Shown piece by piece: positions 37,699-48,385 of a stretch of DNA of 64,000 nt (position 1 is its first letter; each line of letters opens with the position of its first letter). The position numbers were made by a program, and so were the translations under genes. The stretch comes from Gemmatimonadaceae bacterium. Its GTDB lineage: Bacteria; Gemmatimonadota; Gemmatimonadetes; Gemmatimonadales; Gemmatimonadaceae. The stretch lies in NCBI GenBank assembly GCA_040901985.1, contig JBBDYC010000017.1, positions 96,001-160,000 of the forward strand, written 5' to 3'. The notes beneath the pieces were generated by a model that was given only the letters and a program-made list of their open reading frames with translations, did no database searches and had not been told where the DNA came from.

Positions 37699-37768
37699 AC
37701 TACAGGTGAAAGATCCAAGGTGAAAGGAGGCCGCCCGCCTTTCACCTTTCACCGTTCACCTGTAGTTC
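37697..37768. terminator. Long inverted repeat between the convergent rho and peptidase genes
   Basis: Outer 14-bp perfect stem GAACTACAGGTGAA/TTCACCTGTAGTTC and inner 11-bp stem AAGGTGAAAGG/CCTTTCACCTT. Confidence 0.65.
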
Positions 37769-39145
37769 GTCCCATAGCGCCGCCACCGCCCGCATTCCCT
37801 TGCGGAAGTTCTCCTGGCTGATCCACTCGTCCGGCGCGTGGGCGTTCTCGCCGGGGAGGCCGAAGCCGATCAGCAGCACCGGGGCGCCGAGGATGCGCGC
37901 GAAGTCGTTCACGACCGGGATCGAGCCGCCCTCGCCGATGATCACCGGCGCGCGGCCAAAGGCCGCCGTCAGGGCACGCGCCGCGGCGTCGTAGAGCGGG
38001 CCCGAGAGGTCGGCGCGCCAGGGATGGCCGCCGTGCAGATGCGTCACCTTCACCGTGACGCCCTTCGGCGCCACCGAGCGCACGTGCGCCTCGAGCTGGC
38101 GGCCTACCTCCGCCGGGTCCTGGTCCGGCACGAGCCGACAACTCACCTTGAGCATCGCCTGGCCGGGGAGCACGGTCTTCGCCCCTTCGCCGGTATAGCC
38201 GGAGAGCAGCCCGTTGACCTCGCAGGTCGGGCGCGTCCAGAGTTTCTCGAGCGTCGTGAAGCCGGGTTCGCCGCCCAGTGCATCCACGCCGAGATGCCTC
38301 GCAAACTCCTTCTCGTCGAACGGGAGCGCCCGCATCCCCTTCCGCACGGCGTCGGGAAACGGCCTCACCGGGTCGTAGAATCCGGGAATCGCCACGCGAC
38401 CCTCGGCGTCGTGGAAACTCGCCACGATCCGCGCGAGCGCGGTGGCCGGATTCACCACTGCGCCGCCGTACATCCCCGAGTGGAGGTCGGAGCCCGGGCC
38501 GGTGATGTCCACCTGGAGATACGCGAGCCCGCGCAGCGAGGAGAGGATGCTCGGGATGCCCGGCGCAAACATCGTCGAGTCGGAGATCACGACCGCGGCA
38601 CAGGCGAGCCTCTTCTTGTGTCGCTCGACGAACGCCGGCAGGTGTTCCGATCCGACCTCCTCCTCGCCCTCGGCCATCAACACCACGTTGATCGGGAGCG
38701 CGCCGCGGGTCGCGAGATGGGCCTCGAGTGCGGCGACGTGCAGCCAGAGCTGTCCCTTGTCGTCCACGCTGCCGCGGGCAAAGATCTTCCCGTCGCGGAT
38801 GGTCGGCTCGAAGGCCGGCGTGGTCCAGAGCTCGAGCGGCTCGGCGGGCTGCACGTCGTAATGTCCGTACACGAGAACCGTCGGCGCGCCGGCAGGAGCC
38901 TTCCGCCACTCCGCCAGCACCACCGGGTGGCCCGGCGTGTCGAGCGTTTCGACGGTGAAGCCGATGCGCGCGAGACGTTCGTGTAGCCAGCTGGCCGCGC
39001 GGCGCACATCAGGGGTGTGCTCGGACCGGGCGCTGACGCTCGGGATGCGCAGGAAGTCAAAGAGTTCGTCGTGCAGGCGCTGGTCATTTGCGTCCAGCCA
39101 GGCCGCGAGCGCCGGGGCCAGCTGGACGGGGGTGGGCGTGGTCAT
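37742..39145 (-). CDS. M20 dipeptidase
   Basis: YGHYDVQP, RGSVDDKGQ, EGEEEVGS, DLHSG, GGSIP and HAPDE motifs. Confidence 0.92.
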   Translation of the reverse strand: MTTPTPVQLAPALAAWLDANDQRLHDELFDFLRIPSVSARSEHTPDVRRAASWLHERLARIGFTVETLDTPGHPVVLAEWRKAPAGAPTVLVYGHYDVQPAEPLELWTTPAFEPTIRDGKIFARGSVDDKGQLWLHVAALEAHLATRGALPINVVLMAEGEEEVGSEHLPAFVERHKKRLACAAVVISDSTMFAPGIPSILSSLRGLAYLQVDITGPGSDLHSGMYGGAVVNPATALARIVASFHDAEGRVAIPGFYDPVRPFPDAVRKGMRALPFDEKEFARHLGVDALGGEPGFTTLEKLWTRPTCEVNGLLSGYTGEGAKTVLPGQAMLKVSCRLVPDQDPAEVGRQLEAHVRSVAPKGVTVKVTHLHGGHPWRADLSGPLYDAAARALTAAFGRAPVIIGEGGSIPVVNDFARILGAPVLLIGFGLPGENAHAPDEWISQENFRKGMRAVAALWDELQVNGER

Positions 39146-40653
39146 CGCACTCGGGGTGGTGTGGGGACGTCGCGAGCAGGAAGGGTGCCGGACCAGCCGG
39201 CGAGATACCAGAGGCGGCGGGCGCCGATGATGGCGTCGCCGCGCTTCAGCTGGAGCACGGGGCCGGCGGTGGCTGCCGCAAAGTGCGGGGCGAGCACGGC
39301 GATTTCCTTCTGCGCAACGATTGTCGTGTCGTTGAGCAGGAGGAGCAACGTCGCGCCGGACGCGACGGCGTCCGCGAGCGGCGGCCAGAGATCATACTGG
39401 TTGCGGCGTCCATTCACGTTGAGCGAGTACACGGTCGGGCGGTCACTCAGGTGCCACGCCAGCATCGCCGCGTCCTGATAACGGTTGGCGACGACCACGA
39501 CGGGCCCGGAGTCCGCCGGAACCCACCGACGCGTGCGCTCGACGGTCCAGGTCACCGCCGGCCAGCCGTGCGCCCTCAACGTCGGGTCGCGTCCGGCCGC
39601 AATCGGTACGAAGGGCCGCAACGCGTGCAGGAGAACCATCGCCGAGAGTCCACCAGCGAGCCAGACGCCCCGGTGCTCCCAACGCGTACGCAGCGCCGGC
39701 CGCAGTGAGGCGAGGAGCGCGATGCCGGGAATCCAGACAATCACCGGCCAATTCGGCTCCACCGGCCGGCGAGTTGCGCTGAACGCCAGGACGGCGAGAC
39801 ACAGTGCGGCGACCACGGCGAGCGTGAAGCGGAGCGGTTCGCGCGGGGCGCGAAGGCCCCGCGCCAGCGCGGCCAGGATCAGGACCAGCAGGATCGGCGT
39901 CACCAGTCCAAGCTGGCCGCCGAGCAGTTCCAGTTCGCGCATCCACCAACTGCCGCGCGCCGCCACACCGAATCCGTGGTCCAGCTGGAATCGGAACGCG
40001 ATCCAATCGTGCTGCACATTCCAGCGGAGCACAGGGATCATCATCACCGCCGCCAGCGCCGCGGCGATCCAGGGTCCGGCCGAGCCCAGATGCCGACGGA
40101 GCACTGGGTGCGCGGCGAGCGCGAGCCCCACGCCGGCGGGGACGAGGACGCCGGTGAACTTTGACGCCATCGCCAGGCCCGCCGCCACGCCGGCGAGTGC
40201 CCAGTGACGCGTGGCCACCGCCGGGTCCCCGGCGTCGAGCGCGCGCACCACGCCGTACAGCGCGAGGGCGAGCGCAGCGACCAACGGTGCGTCCGGCGTC
40301 GCGAGCACGAGGCCTGCGGCGAACACCGGGAGTACGGCGAAGACGAGCGCGGCGAAGCGGGCCGCAGACGGGCCCGCGAGATGGCGCGCGGTGCCGGCGA
40401 TGGCCAATCCGGTGACACTCCCGCAGAGGATCGGGAGGACGCGCACGCCGAATGTCGAGTCGCCGAAGAGTGCCGTGCCGCCCGCAATCAGCCAGGCAAT
40501 CATCGGCGGATGGTCGAAGTAGCCGGCCGCGAGCCGCCGTGACCACTCCCAGTAGTACGCCTCGTCATCGTAGAGCGGGACGACGGCCCCGAGGAGCAGC
40601 CGCACCACGGTGGACGCCGCGATGATCCAGAGCGCCTGTCGCCAGTGTGTCAT
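39142..40653 (-). CDS. GT-C glycosyltransferase (family 39/83, PMT/ArnT-like)
   Basis: DEAYYWEWSR..GYFDHPP, TPDAP and SKFT motifs; multi-TM. Confidence 0.88.
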   Translation of the reverse strand: MTHWRQALWIIAASTVVRLLLGAVVPLYDDEAYYWEWSRRLAAGYFDHPPMIAWLIAGGTALFGDSTFGVRVLPILCGSVTGLAIAGTARHLAGPSAARFAALVFAVLPVFAAGLVLATPDAPLVAALALALYGVVRALDAGDPAVATRHWALAGVAAGLAMASKFTGVLVPAGVGLALAAHPVLRRHLGSAGPWIAAALAAVMMIPVLRWNVQHDWIAFRFQLDHGFGVAARGSWWMRELELLGGQLGLVTPILLVLILAALARGLRAPREPLRFTLAVVAALCLAVLAFSATRRPVEPNWPVIVWIPGIALLASLRPALRTRWEHRGVWLAGGLSAMVLLHALRPFVPIAAGRDPTLRAHGWPAVTWTVERTRRWVPADSGPVVVVANRYQDAAMLAWHLSDRPTVYSLNVNGRRNQYDLWPPLADAVASGATLLLLLNDTTIVAQKEIAVLAPHFAAATAGPVLQLKRGDAIIGARRLWYLAGWSGTLPARDVPTPPRVR

Positions 40654-40679
40654 GCTAGACTGAATGTAACGTCACGCCA

Positions 40680-42740
40680 ATGCCCAACCGACTCGCTGCC
40701 GAAACCAGCCCGTACCTCCAGCAACACGCGGACAATCCCGTGGATTGGCATCCGTGGGGGACCGCCGCCTTCGACCTCGCCCGCGCGTCGAACCGGCCAG
40801 TCCTCTTGAGCATCGGGTACGCGGCCTGTCACTGGTGCCACGTGATGGCGCACGAGTCATTCGAGGATTCGGCGACTGCCCGCCTGATGAACGACCTCTT
40901 CGTGAACGTGAAGGTGGACCGCGAGGAGCGCCCCGACGTGGACTCCATCTATATGCAGGCGGTGCAGGCGATCTCCGGCCACGGCGGCTGGCCGATGACG
41001 GTATTCCTCACGCCGGACGGCGTGCCGTTTTTCGGCGGCACGTATTTCCCGCCCGACGACCGGCACGGCTTGCCGTCGTTCCGTCGCATCCTTGGGTCGG
41101 TGAGCGATGCGTGGCGGACCAAGCGCGACGAGGTCCTCACGGGCGCCGAGTCGCTCCGCGGGATTTACGCGGCCGCGTCGGCGCCGACCGCCGCCGGCCA
41201 TCCCCTCACCGGCACGCAGTGGCGCGACGCGGTCACCGCGCTCGGCCAGTGGTACGACGCGCGCGAGGGCGGATTTGGCGGCGCACCGAAGTTTCCCCAG
41301 CCACAGCTGCTCGACACGCTGCTCCGGCACTGGGCGCGCACAGGGGACGAACGGTCGCTGACGATGGTCCGGCACTCCTTCGCCAGGATGGCGGGCGGCG
41401 GCCTCCACGATCAGGTCGGCGGTGGATTCCACCGGTACACGGTGGACGGCATCTGGCTGGTGCCGCACTTCGAGAAGATGCTCTACGACAACGCCCTGCT
41501 CGCGCGCCTCGCCGTGCACCTCTGGCAGGCGACCGGCGACGCCGACGCGCGTCGGGTGGCGCTCGACACCTTTGCCTGGGTCCGCCGCGAGATGACCCAT
41601 CCCGGCGGCGGATGGTTCGCCTCGCTCGACGCCGACAGCGAGGGCCACGAGGGCCTCTTCTACGTCTGGACGGAGCGCGCCTTCCGCGACGCCGCCGGCG
41701 ACGACGCCGACCTCGCCGGTCGCCACTGGGGGGTGACGCCGGCGGGGAACTTCGAAGGCGCGAACATCCCCCACGTCAGCGTGCCGATCGCCGAACTCGC
41801 CGCGGAGACCGGGCGCACGGAGGAGGACGTGCGCGCGACCATCGCCCGTGCGCGCCACCGGCTGCTCGCCGCGCGCGCCTCGCGCACCCGGCCGGCGCGT
41901 GACGAGAAGATCCTCGCGTCGTGGAACGGCTTGATGCTCCGCGCAATCGCCGAGGGCGCCCGCGCGTTCGGCGACGCGGTCCTCGCCGACGCCGCCGTCG
42001 CTGCCGGAACCTTCCTGCGCCGTGCGCTGGTGCGTGACGGCCGCGCGCTCCGGAGCTGGCGCGACGGGGAGGTGCGGATCCCGGGCTTCCTCGAGGACCA
42101 CGCCGCGCTCGGACTCGGCTTCCTCTCGCTCTATCAGCTGACCTTCGGTCGCGCCTGGCTCGACGAGGCGCTCGCCCTCGATGCCCAATGCGTCCGTTGG
42201 TTCTGGAGCGACGAGGTCGGCGCCTTCTTCGACACCGCGCACGACGCCGAGCCGCTCGTCACGCGCCCACGCGACGTCGCCGACAACGCGATACCCTCCG
42301 GCACGTCGCTGGCGGTTGAGCTGCAGCTGGCGGCGAGCGTCCTCACCGGCGACGACGCGCGGCGCCGGCGCGCCGAGTATGTGATTGGCACGCTCGCCCC
42401 GGCGCTGCAACGTAGCCCGCTCGCGTTCGGTCACCTGCTGGGCGCGGCGGACCTCGCGGTGCACGGAGCCATCGAGCTCGCAATCGCCGGGAATCCGGCG
42501 GATGGAGCGTTCCGGGCGCTTGCCCAAGCGGCGGCTGGCGTCTACGTGCCCTCGGTGGTCATCGCGGGGGGCCAGGGCGACGACCGAAAGGGACTCCCGC
42601 TCCTGGAGCACCGTGCGGCAGCGCGCGGCGGGGCGCTCGCCTTCGTCTGCCGCAGCTACTCCTGCGACGTCCCCGCGAGCGACCCGGCGATTCTGCGGTC
42701 CCAGCTGCTCGGCGCGAGATCCGCCCCCGCCGCGCCCTGA
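40680..42740 (+). CDS. Thioredoxin-domain protein (YyaL/SSP411-like)
   Basis: [28 protein letters not shown] and [10 protein letters not shown] motifs. Confidence 0.93.
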   Translation: MPNRLAAETSPYLQQHADNPVDWHPWGTAAFDLARASNRPVLLSIGYAACHWCHVMAHESFEDSATARLMNDLFVNVKVDREERPDVDSIYMQAVQAISGHGGWPMTVFLTPDGVPFFGGTYFPPDDRHGLPSFRRILGSVSDAWRTKRDEVLTGAESLRGIYAAASAPTAAGHPLTGTQWRDAVTALGQWYDAREGGFGGAPKFPQPQLLDTLLRHWARTGDERSLTMVRHSFARMAGGGLHDQVGGGFHRYTVDGIWLVPHFEKMLYDNALLARLAVHLWQATGDADARRVALDTFAWVRREMTHPGGGWFASLDADSEGHEGLFYVWTERAFRDAAGDDADLAGRHWGVTPAGNFEGANIPHVSVPIAELAAETGRTEEDVRATIARARHRLLAARASRTRPARDEKILASWNGLMLRAIAEGARAFGDAVLADAAVAAGTFLRRALVRDGRALRSWRDGEVRIPGFLEDHAALGLGFLSLYQLTFGRAWLDEALALDAQCVRWFWSDEVGAFFDTAHDAEPLVTRPRDVADNAIPSGTSLAVELQLAASVLTGDDARRRRAEYVIGTLAPALQRSPLAFGHLLGAADLAVHGAIELAIAGNPADGAFRALAQAAAGVYVPSVVIAGGQGDDRKGLPLLEHRAAARGGALAFVCRSYSCDVPASDPAILRSQLLGARSAPAAP

Positions 42741-42822
42741 CCACGCCGCACCCGCCTTGCGGCTCCGCGGGGCGCGGACCGCTCCACGAACTCGCGCGGC
42801 GCACGGAGCGCGCAGAAACGCC

Positions 42823-43032
42823 CTAGAGATCCGCGCACGACTTGTTGATCTGTCGGCAGTTCTCGCAGATCTGCTTGCAGTTCCGCCAGACAAGGCGGTC
42901 GTCGCCGCAGCTGTCGCAGGTCTCGCCCACGTCTGGTGCGGCGCGCAAGGCAGGGAGCGCGAGGCTCCTGTCCTTGCCGCCGCTCCAGCTCAGGATGACC
43001 TGGTCACGCGACACGGGCAATGATGCTGGCAC
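42823..43032 (-). CDS. Small Cys-rich protein with an N-terminal PP-loop-like fragment
   Basis: VILSWSGGKD followed by CDSC..CKQICENC..SCADL. The start is uncertain (43032 or 43014). Confidence 0.55.
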   Translation of the reverse strand: MPASLPVSRDQVILSWSGGKDRSLALPALRAAPDVGETCDSCGDDRLVWRNCKQICENCRQINKSCADL

Positions 43033-43035
43033 GCC

Positions 43036-44727
43036 TCAATAGAACCACACAGCCGAGCGTTTGGTACTCGGTGCACTCACGTCGTCTCCGCCGAGCACGA
43101 GGACCCGGGACACACCGGTGGCGTCCACGTAACTGAGGACGGCGTGGTTGAACAGGTTTCCGCCGCCGCTCGACACAATCGTGTTCGACCCGGTCGCACC
43201 GGCGAACGCGCCGACGCTCCCGTCGGAATTGAAGACCGCGTAGGAGTTCTCCGACGAGCCGGTGTTGGCCGCGCTGTAGAGCCCGCCGTTCATGAAGATC
43301 GTGCCGCCGGCCGCCACGACGCCCTGCTTGGCCGTCGTCTTGGTCAGCGCGTTCGCGTTCACCGTCCACGCGGTCTGCGCGAGCTCTCCCGTCCGAAGAT
43401 TGATGGCGGCGTACAACACCTCGTCGGTGCGTGCGTCGGTCAGGCTCGCGCTGTGTGGATTCACCGCGGCCCTCGATCCGCCGACCGTGTACAGGAACCG
43501 CCCGAAGACCACGAAGCCGTGCTGCGCCCTCGCCGAGGGGAGCGACGGCAGCGCCTGCCAGGCCCCGAGCGCCCCGGTCGAATCAATACGGGCGCGATAC
43601 ACCCCCGTCACCGGCGCGTTCGCCGCCGTCGCGCCGCCCGAAATATAGATCTCGCCGCGGAAGATCACGGCGCCGAGGGAGTGCAGCGCCACCGGGAGCG
43701 GCGTCGTGGTCACCCAGCTACTCACCGTGCCGTCGGTATTCAGGCGGCCCCGATAGACGGTCGTGCTCGGCGTGCCGACGACGTCGATTGCGCCACCCAG
43801 AACGTAGATCGAGGCGGAATCCGCGAGGACTCGCGAGTTGTGCGGGGTCGCGACGGCAAGCGCATGGAACGCCCGGGCCGTCGGCAACGCCGTCGTTGCC
43901 GACCAGGCGCCGACACCGCCGGCTGGCTCGATGGCGGCGAACTGCACACCGGTGGTCGGCACACTGTCGTTGCCGGCGCCACCGGTCACGTAGACCAGGT
44001 TTGCTCCGCCCCTGACCGCAAACGACGCCTTATGTCCGCTCAGCACCGCAGGAAGCGCCGTCGAGCTCGTCCACGCGATGGTCGAGGGACTGAAGGTCGC
44101 CGCGGTCGATACCGTGAAGGTCAGCGCGTTGCTCGATCCGGTTCCCGTCGTGACCACTACATTGCCCGTGGCCGTTCCACTCGGCACCGTGGTCACGATG
44201 AATGTGTTCGTCCAGTCATTGGACGGGTCCACGATGGTCGCAGCGATCGTGCCGCCCGCCCCGTCGGAGAAGAGCACCGAGCCGCCGCCCTGGAGATCGC
44301 CGAAGGCATCGCCCTCGAGGATGACGGTACTGCCGATGCTGCCCGAGGGGAGCGTGGCGCCATTCACGAAGCGGAGGCTCGGCGCAACCGCCGTGAACGC
44401 AGCCGCCAGCTGAACCTCGGAGCCGTCCGAGTTGTGCACGCGCACGGCATAGGCGATCCCGACGCTCAAGCCGGACGGAACGCGCGCGTAGATCGTCGTC
44501 CCGCTCGAGACCTCGACCTCGGTCGCCGCGATCGCACCGACGAACACCGTTGCACCAGCGCGGAAGTTGGCTCCGGTGATCGTCAGTTCCGTCCCGACTG
44601 TCCCAATCGCGGGGAAGACGGTGGAAATCGTCGGTTCCGGGTCACCCGGTCCGGTGCTCTTATCGCCGCCGCAAGCAACAACGGCAAGGCCAAGGGCGAG
44701 GCCCAGAGTCCACAGGCGCGTCCGCAT
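43036..44727 (-). CDS. Lipoprotein with IPT/TIG domains and Kelch-like repeats
   Basis: Lipobox VVAC, PAIGTVGTELTITGANF, and repeated YVxGG/LP.AR..H motifs. Confidence 0.85.
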   Translation of the reverse strand: MRTRLWTLGLALGLAVVACGGDKSTGPGDPEPTISTVFPAIGTVGTELTITGANFRAGATVFVGAIAATEVEVSSGTTIYARVPSGLSVGIAYAVRVHNSDGSEVQLAAAFTAVAPSLRFVNGATLPSGSIGSTVILEGDAFGDLQGGGSVLFSDGAGGTIAATIVDPSNDWTNTFIVTTVPSGTATGNVVVTTGTGSSNALTFTVSTAATFSPSTIAWTSSTALPAVLSGHKASFAVRGGANLVYVTGGAGNDSVPTTGVQFAAIEPAGGVGAWSATTALPTARAFHALAVATPHNSRVLADSASIYVLGGAIDVVGTPSTTVYRGRLNTDGTVSSWVTTTPLPVALHSLGAVIFRGEIYISGGATAANAPVTGVYRARIDSTGALGAWQALPSLPSARAQHGFVVFGRFLYTVGGSRAAVNPHSASLTDARTDEVLYAAINLRTGELAQTAWTVNANALTKTTAKQGVVAAGGTIFMNGGLYSAANTGSSENSYAVFNSDGSVGAFAGATGSNTIVSSGGGNLFNHAVLSYVDATGVSRVLVLGGDDVSAPSTKRSAVWFY

Positions 44728-44904
44728 ATCATAGCTCCGATCCGAAGGTGAGACCTACACAAGGACACGACTCGCGCGTTCCTCACCCTCGTCACATCGG
44801 CTTTCGCCGCCATCGGTCGGGACGGATATATCTGTGTCGCCACGCACAGTGGTCCGGTGACGCAGGTCCGAGCACCGCCGCCCGTCCGCCCGTCCGCCCG
44901 GTGC

Positions 44905-45825
44905 TTACTCGAAGTCCAGGGCCAAGTCGAGACTCGGCGCACTGTGCGTGAGCGCGCCAATCGAGATGCGGTCAACCCCCGTGTCCGCGATTGCCCGGAC
45001 GGTCGCCAGTGTCACGCCGCCCGACGCCTCGGTCCAGCAGTGCCCCGCCGCCAGCTTGACGCATTCGCGGAGCGCGTGCTCGGGCATGTTGTCGAGCAGG
45101 AGCGCGTCGGCACCTGCGGCAATCGCCGCGCGCGCCTGGGCGACGGTGTCGCACTCGACCTGGATGGTCAGGCCCACGTCGGCGTGTGTCCGGGCTCGCT
45201 GGACGGCCACCGTCACGTCGTCGTCGCAGGAGGCGATATGATTGTCCTTGATCAGCACCGCGTCGGCCAGCGTGGCGCGATGATTGACGCCGCCGCCACA
45301 ACGCACCGCGTACTTCTCCAGCGTTCGCCATCCCGGGGTCGTCTTGCGCGTGTCAACGATCGCCGCGCGCGTCCCCTGGACCGCCGCCACGTACTGCGCG
45401 GTGAGGGTGGCGATCCCGGAGAGACGCTGGAGGAAGTTGAGCGCGACCCGCTCGGCCGAGAGCATCCCCCGCGCCTGACCGGAGAGGAAGAGGAGCGTTT
45501 CGCCCTCGCCGACGCCCGTCCCGTCCTCGACGTCCACCCGGATCTCGACGCGGGGGTCGAGGAGGTGAAAGGCGGCGAGCGCGAGCGGGATCCCGGCGAT
45601 CGTGCCAGCGGCGCGGGCGACGAGCGAGGCCCGGGTGCGCCGCGTTGACACGACCGTCGCGATCGTCGTCACGTCGTCGAAGGCCTGGTCCTCGTCCAGC
45701 GCCGCGCGCACCAGCGCGCGCAGTGTCTCGTCGGCGAGGGGAAATCCGAGGGCGGCCGGCGCGAAGACGGGGGTCGCCAGCGGTGTGATGCGCCGCGGCG
45801 GCTTCGGCCCGCGCGCCGGCGTCAC
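44905..45825 (-). CDS. nadC: Nicotinate-nucleotide diphosphorylase (carboxylating)
   Basis: ERVALNFLQRLSGIAT, DTRKTTPG, LIKDNH, LLDNM and EASGG motifs. GTGA overlap with nadA. Confidence 0.93.
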   Translation of the reverse strand: MTPARGPKPPRRITPLATPVFAPAALGFPLADETLRALVRAALDEDQAFDDVTTIATVVSTRRTRASLVARAAGTIAGIPLALAAFHLLDPRVEIRVDVEDGTGVGEGETLLFLSGQARGMLSAERVALNFLQRLSGIATLTAQYVAAVQGTRAAIVDTRKTTPGWRTLEKYAVRCGGGVNHRATLADAVLIKDNHIASCDDDVTVAVQRARTHADVGLTIQVECDTVAQARAAIAAGADALLLDNMPEHALRECVKLAAGHCWTEASGGVTLATVRAIADTGVDRISIGALTHSAPSLDLALDFE

Positions 45826-46844
45826 TCGCCGGGATCCACTCCGGGGCCGGCCGGCATCGCCTGGCTGCCGCCGATCGCGACCATCCGCTCGATGGCCTGC
45901 CGCGCCCGTCCGGCGACCTCCTCCGGCACGGTGATCCGGTGCTGCATGTGCTCCAGCGCGGCAAGCACCTTCGGGAGGGTCGTCACCTTCATGTAGGCGC
46001 ACGACGCGCGCTCGTTGGCGGCGTGGAACGTCTTCGTCGGATGCGCCTTCCGCAGCCGATGGAGGATCCCCACCTCGGTCGCCACGATGAAGGTGTCGCC
46101 CGCCGACTCCCCGGGGCGCTTGATCATCCCCTCGGTGGACAGGATGTGCACACCCTCCGGATCGACGTCCCCGGCGCTGATGGCCTCGACGACGCTGGTC
46201 GTGCACCCGCATTCGGGATGGATCAGGAACTCAGCGCCCGGATGCAGCGCGCGTTGCAGGCGGATGTTCTCGGGGTCAATTCCCGCGTGGACGTGACACT
46301 CGCCCATCCAAACGTGGATGTTCTCGCGGCCGGTCACGCGGCGCACGTGCGCGCCGAGGAACATGTCGGGGAGGAAGAGGATCTCCTGGTCCGCCGGCAC
46401 CGCGTTGATGACGTCCACGGCGTTGCCCGAGGTGCAGCAGTAGTCGCTCTCCGCCTTCACCTCGGCGGTGGTGTTCACGTACGACACCACGACCGCGCCG
46501 GGGTGTTCGGTCTTCCACTCGCGAAGCTGGTCGGCATCAATCGTTGCGGCGAGCGAACAGCCAGCGGCCATGTCAGGGAGGAGCACGGTCTTGGCGGGCG
46601 AGAGGATCGCCGCGGTCTCGGCCATGAAGTGCACGCCGCAGAAGACGATGACCTCGGCGTCGGTGCGCGCCGCCTCGCGGGACAGGCCGAGCGAGTCGCC
46701 GACGTAGTCGGCGACGTCCTGCACCTCGGGGCGCTGGTAGTTGTGCGCGAGGATGACCGCGCGGCGTTCCGTAGCCAGCGCGCGAATCCGCCGCTGGAGC
46801 TCGGCGGTCTCGCGGGCGGCTGCGTCCTGTGGGGGTCTCGCCAT
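45822..46844 (-). CDS. nadA: Quinolinate synthase
   Basis: LAHNYQ, FCGVHFMAE, GCSLA, CHVH, HPEC and CAYMK motifs. Confidence 0.96.
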   Translation of the reverse strand: MARPPQDAAARETAELQRRIRALATERRAVILAHNYQRPEVQDVADYVGDSLGLSREAARTDAEVIVFCGVHFMAETAAILSPAKTVLLPDMAAGCSLAATIDADQLREWKTEHPGAVVVSYVNTTAEVKAESDYCCTSGNAVDVINAVPADQEILFLPDMFLGAHVRRVTGRENIHVWMGECHVHAGIDPENIRLQRALHPGAEFLIHPECGCTTSVVEAISAGDVDPEGVHILSTEGMIKRPGESAGDTFIVATEVGILHRLRKAHPTKTFHAANERASCAYMKVTTLPKVLAALEHMQHRITVPEEVAGRARQAIERMVAIGGSQAMPAGPGVDPGE

Positions 46845-46873
46845 CGTTGGAACCTAGCGGCTGCGCCGCTGCC

Positions 46874-48385
46874 TCACCACTCGATGTGCTTGCCGCGGAA
46901 CTTGTTGCGGGGCCGCGGGAAGTCGCTCCGGAAATGGCCGCCGCGCGATTCGCGTCGGAGCAGCGCGCTCTCGACGATCAGGCTGGCCGTCTCCACCATG
47001 TTCGCCTCCTCGGTGGCGCCCGGGTCGAGCCGCGCCCGCACGACCTCGAGCGCGCGCCGGGCCGTCCGCAGCCCCTTCGCATTGCGGTCAATGCCGACGT
47101 GCGTCCACATGATCCGCCGGATCTCGTCGGCCGCGACCTGCGCCGCGCCGCGGTCCAGCAGCGGCGCAACCTTCCACTGCGTGGCGCGGGGGACGCGCGG
47201 CAGGGGCGACCGGTTCACCGCGTCGCGGGCCACCCGCTCGGCAAAGACAAGGCCCTCGAGGAGCGAGTTCGAGGCGAGGCGGTTGGCGCCGTGCACCCCG
47301 GTCCGCGACACCTCGCCGCAGGTGTAGAGCCGCTCGAGCGACGAGCGTCCGGCGAGGTCGGTGACGACGCCCCCCATCATATAGTGGGCCGCCGGCGTCA
47401 CCGGGATCAGGTCGCGGCGCGGATCAATGCCGCGGGCCAGGCAGATCGCGAGGATTCCCGGGAAGCGGCGGGCAAAGGTGCGGCTCAACCGCCGGGCGTC
47501 GAGCGACACCTGGCCGTTCTCCTGCTGCTCACGGAAGATCTCGCGGGCCACGATGTCCCGCGGGGCGAGTTCGGCGAGCCGGTGACGTCGCGTCATGAAG
47601 CGTCGGCCGAGCGCGTTGACGAGGATCGCGCCCTCGCCGCGCACCGCCTCGGAGATCAGGGCGAGCGGATTCTCCGGCGTCTCCAGCGCCGTCGGATGGA
47701 ACTGCACGAACTCGAGGTCAGCCAGCCGGGCGCCGGCGCGGTGCGCGATCGCGTAACCATCGCCGGTCGCGACGAGTGGATTCGTCGTGTACCGATAGAG
47801 CTGCCCGCACCCGCCGGTGGCGAGGATCGTCGCGTCGGCGATGATCTCGACCGCCCGGCCGGCGACGTTGGCCCGGACGCCGCAACACCGTCCACCGGAG
47901 ACAACGAGGTCGAGCGCACGGGCGGTCTCGAGCACCGTGATCCGGCGGCGTGCTGCCACCCGCTGGATCAGCGACCGCGCCACCTCGGCGCCCGTCTGGT
48001 CGCCCATCGCGTGCACGATCCGCTTGCGCGAGTGCGCGGCCTCGCGGCCGAGCGTGAACCGGCCGGTGAGATCGGTGTCGAACTGCGCGCCCGCGTCGGC
48101 CAGCTCGCGCACCCGCGCCGGTCCCTCGGCGACGAGCACCTCAACCGCCGCCGCGTCGCAGAGCGCGGCGCCGGCGGCGAGCGTGTCTATCCTATGAAGT
48201 TCGGGCGAGTCCCCCGCCCCGAGCGCGGCGGCAATCCCGCCCTGCGCGTAGGCGGTCGCCGAGTCCTTCAGGGTGCGCTTGGTCAGGACGACAACATCCC
48301 CGTGGTCCGACGTCCGGAGCGCCGTGTGCAGTCCGGCGATCCCCGAGCCGATGACGAGAAATCGGGTCCGGACGCGCTCGGTCAG
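46874..48385 (-). CDS. nadB: L-aspartate oxidase (probable CTG start)
   Basis: FLVIGSGIAG, YAQGGIA, EAAHS, QFHPT, SEAVRGEG and HGANRLASNSLLE motifs. The frame is open to CTG 48385. Confidence 0.92.
   Translation of the reverse strand: MTERVRTRFLVIGSGIAGLHTALRTSDHGDVVVLTKRTLKDSATAYAQGGIAAALGAGDSPELHRIDTLAAGAALCDAAAVEVLVAEGPARVRELADAGAQFDTDLTGRFTLGREAAHSRKRIVHAMGDQTGAEVARSLIQRVAARRRITVLETARALDLVVSGGRCCGVRANVAGRAVEIIADATILATGGCGQLYRYTTNPLVATGDGYAIAHRAGARLADLEFVQFHPTALETPENPLALISEAVRGEGAILVNALGRRFMTRRHRLAELAPRDIVAREIFREQQENGQVSLDARRLSRTFARRFPGILAICLARGIDPRRDLIPVTPAAHYMMGGVVTDLAGRSSLERLYTCGEVSRTGVHGANRLASNSLLEGLVFAERVARDAVNRSPLPRVPRATQWKVAPLLDRGAAQVAADEIRRIMWTHVGIDRNAKGLRTARRALEVVRARLDPGATEEANMVETASLIVESALLRRESRGGHFRSDFPRPRNKFRGKHIEW

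Noticed and set aside
42823..42930. Six-Cys peptide as a ranthipeptide/RiPP precursor
   Set aside because: There is no radical SAM or other maturase nearby, and the CxxC spacing fits metal binding.
46874..48139. nadB as an N-terminally truncated pseudogene (ORF-track start)
   Set aside because: The frame stays open and conserved through the FAD-binding motif to CTG 48385.
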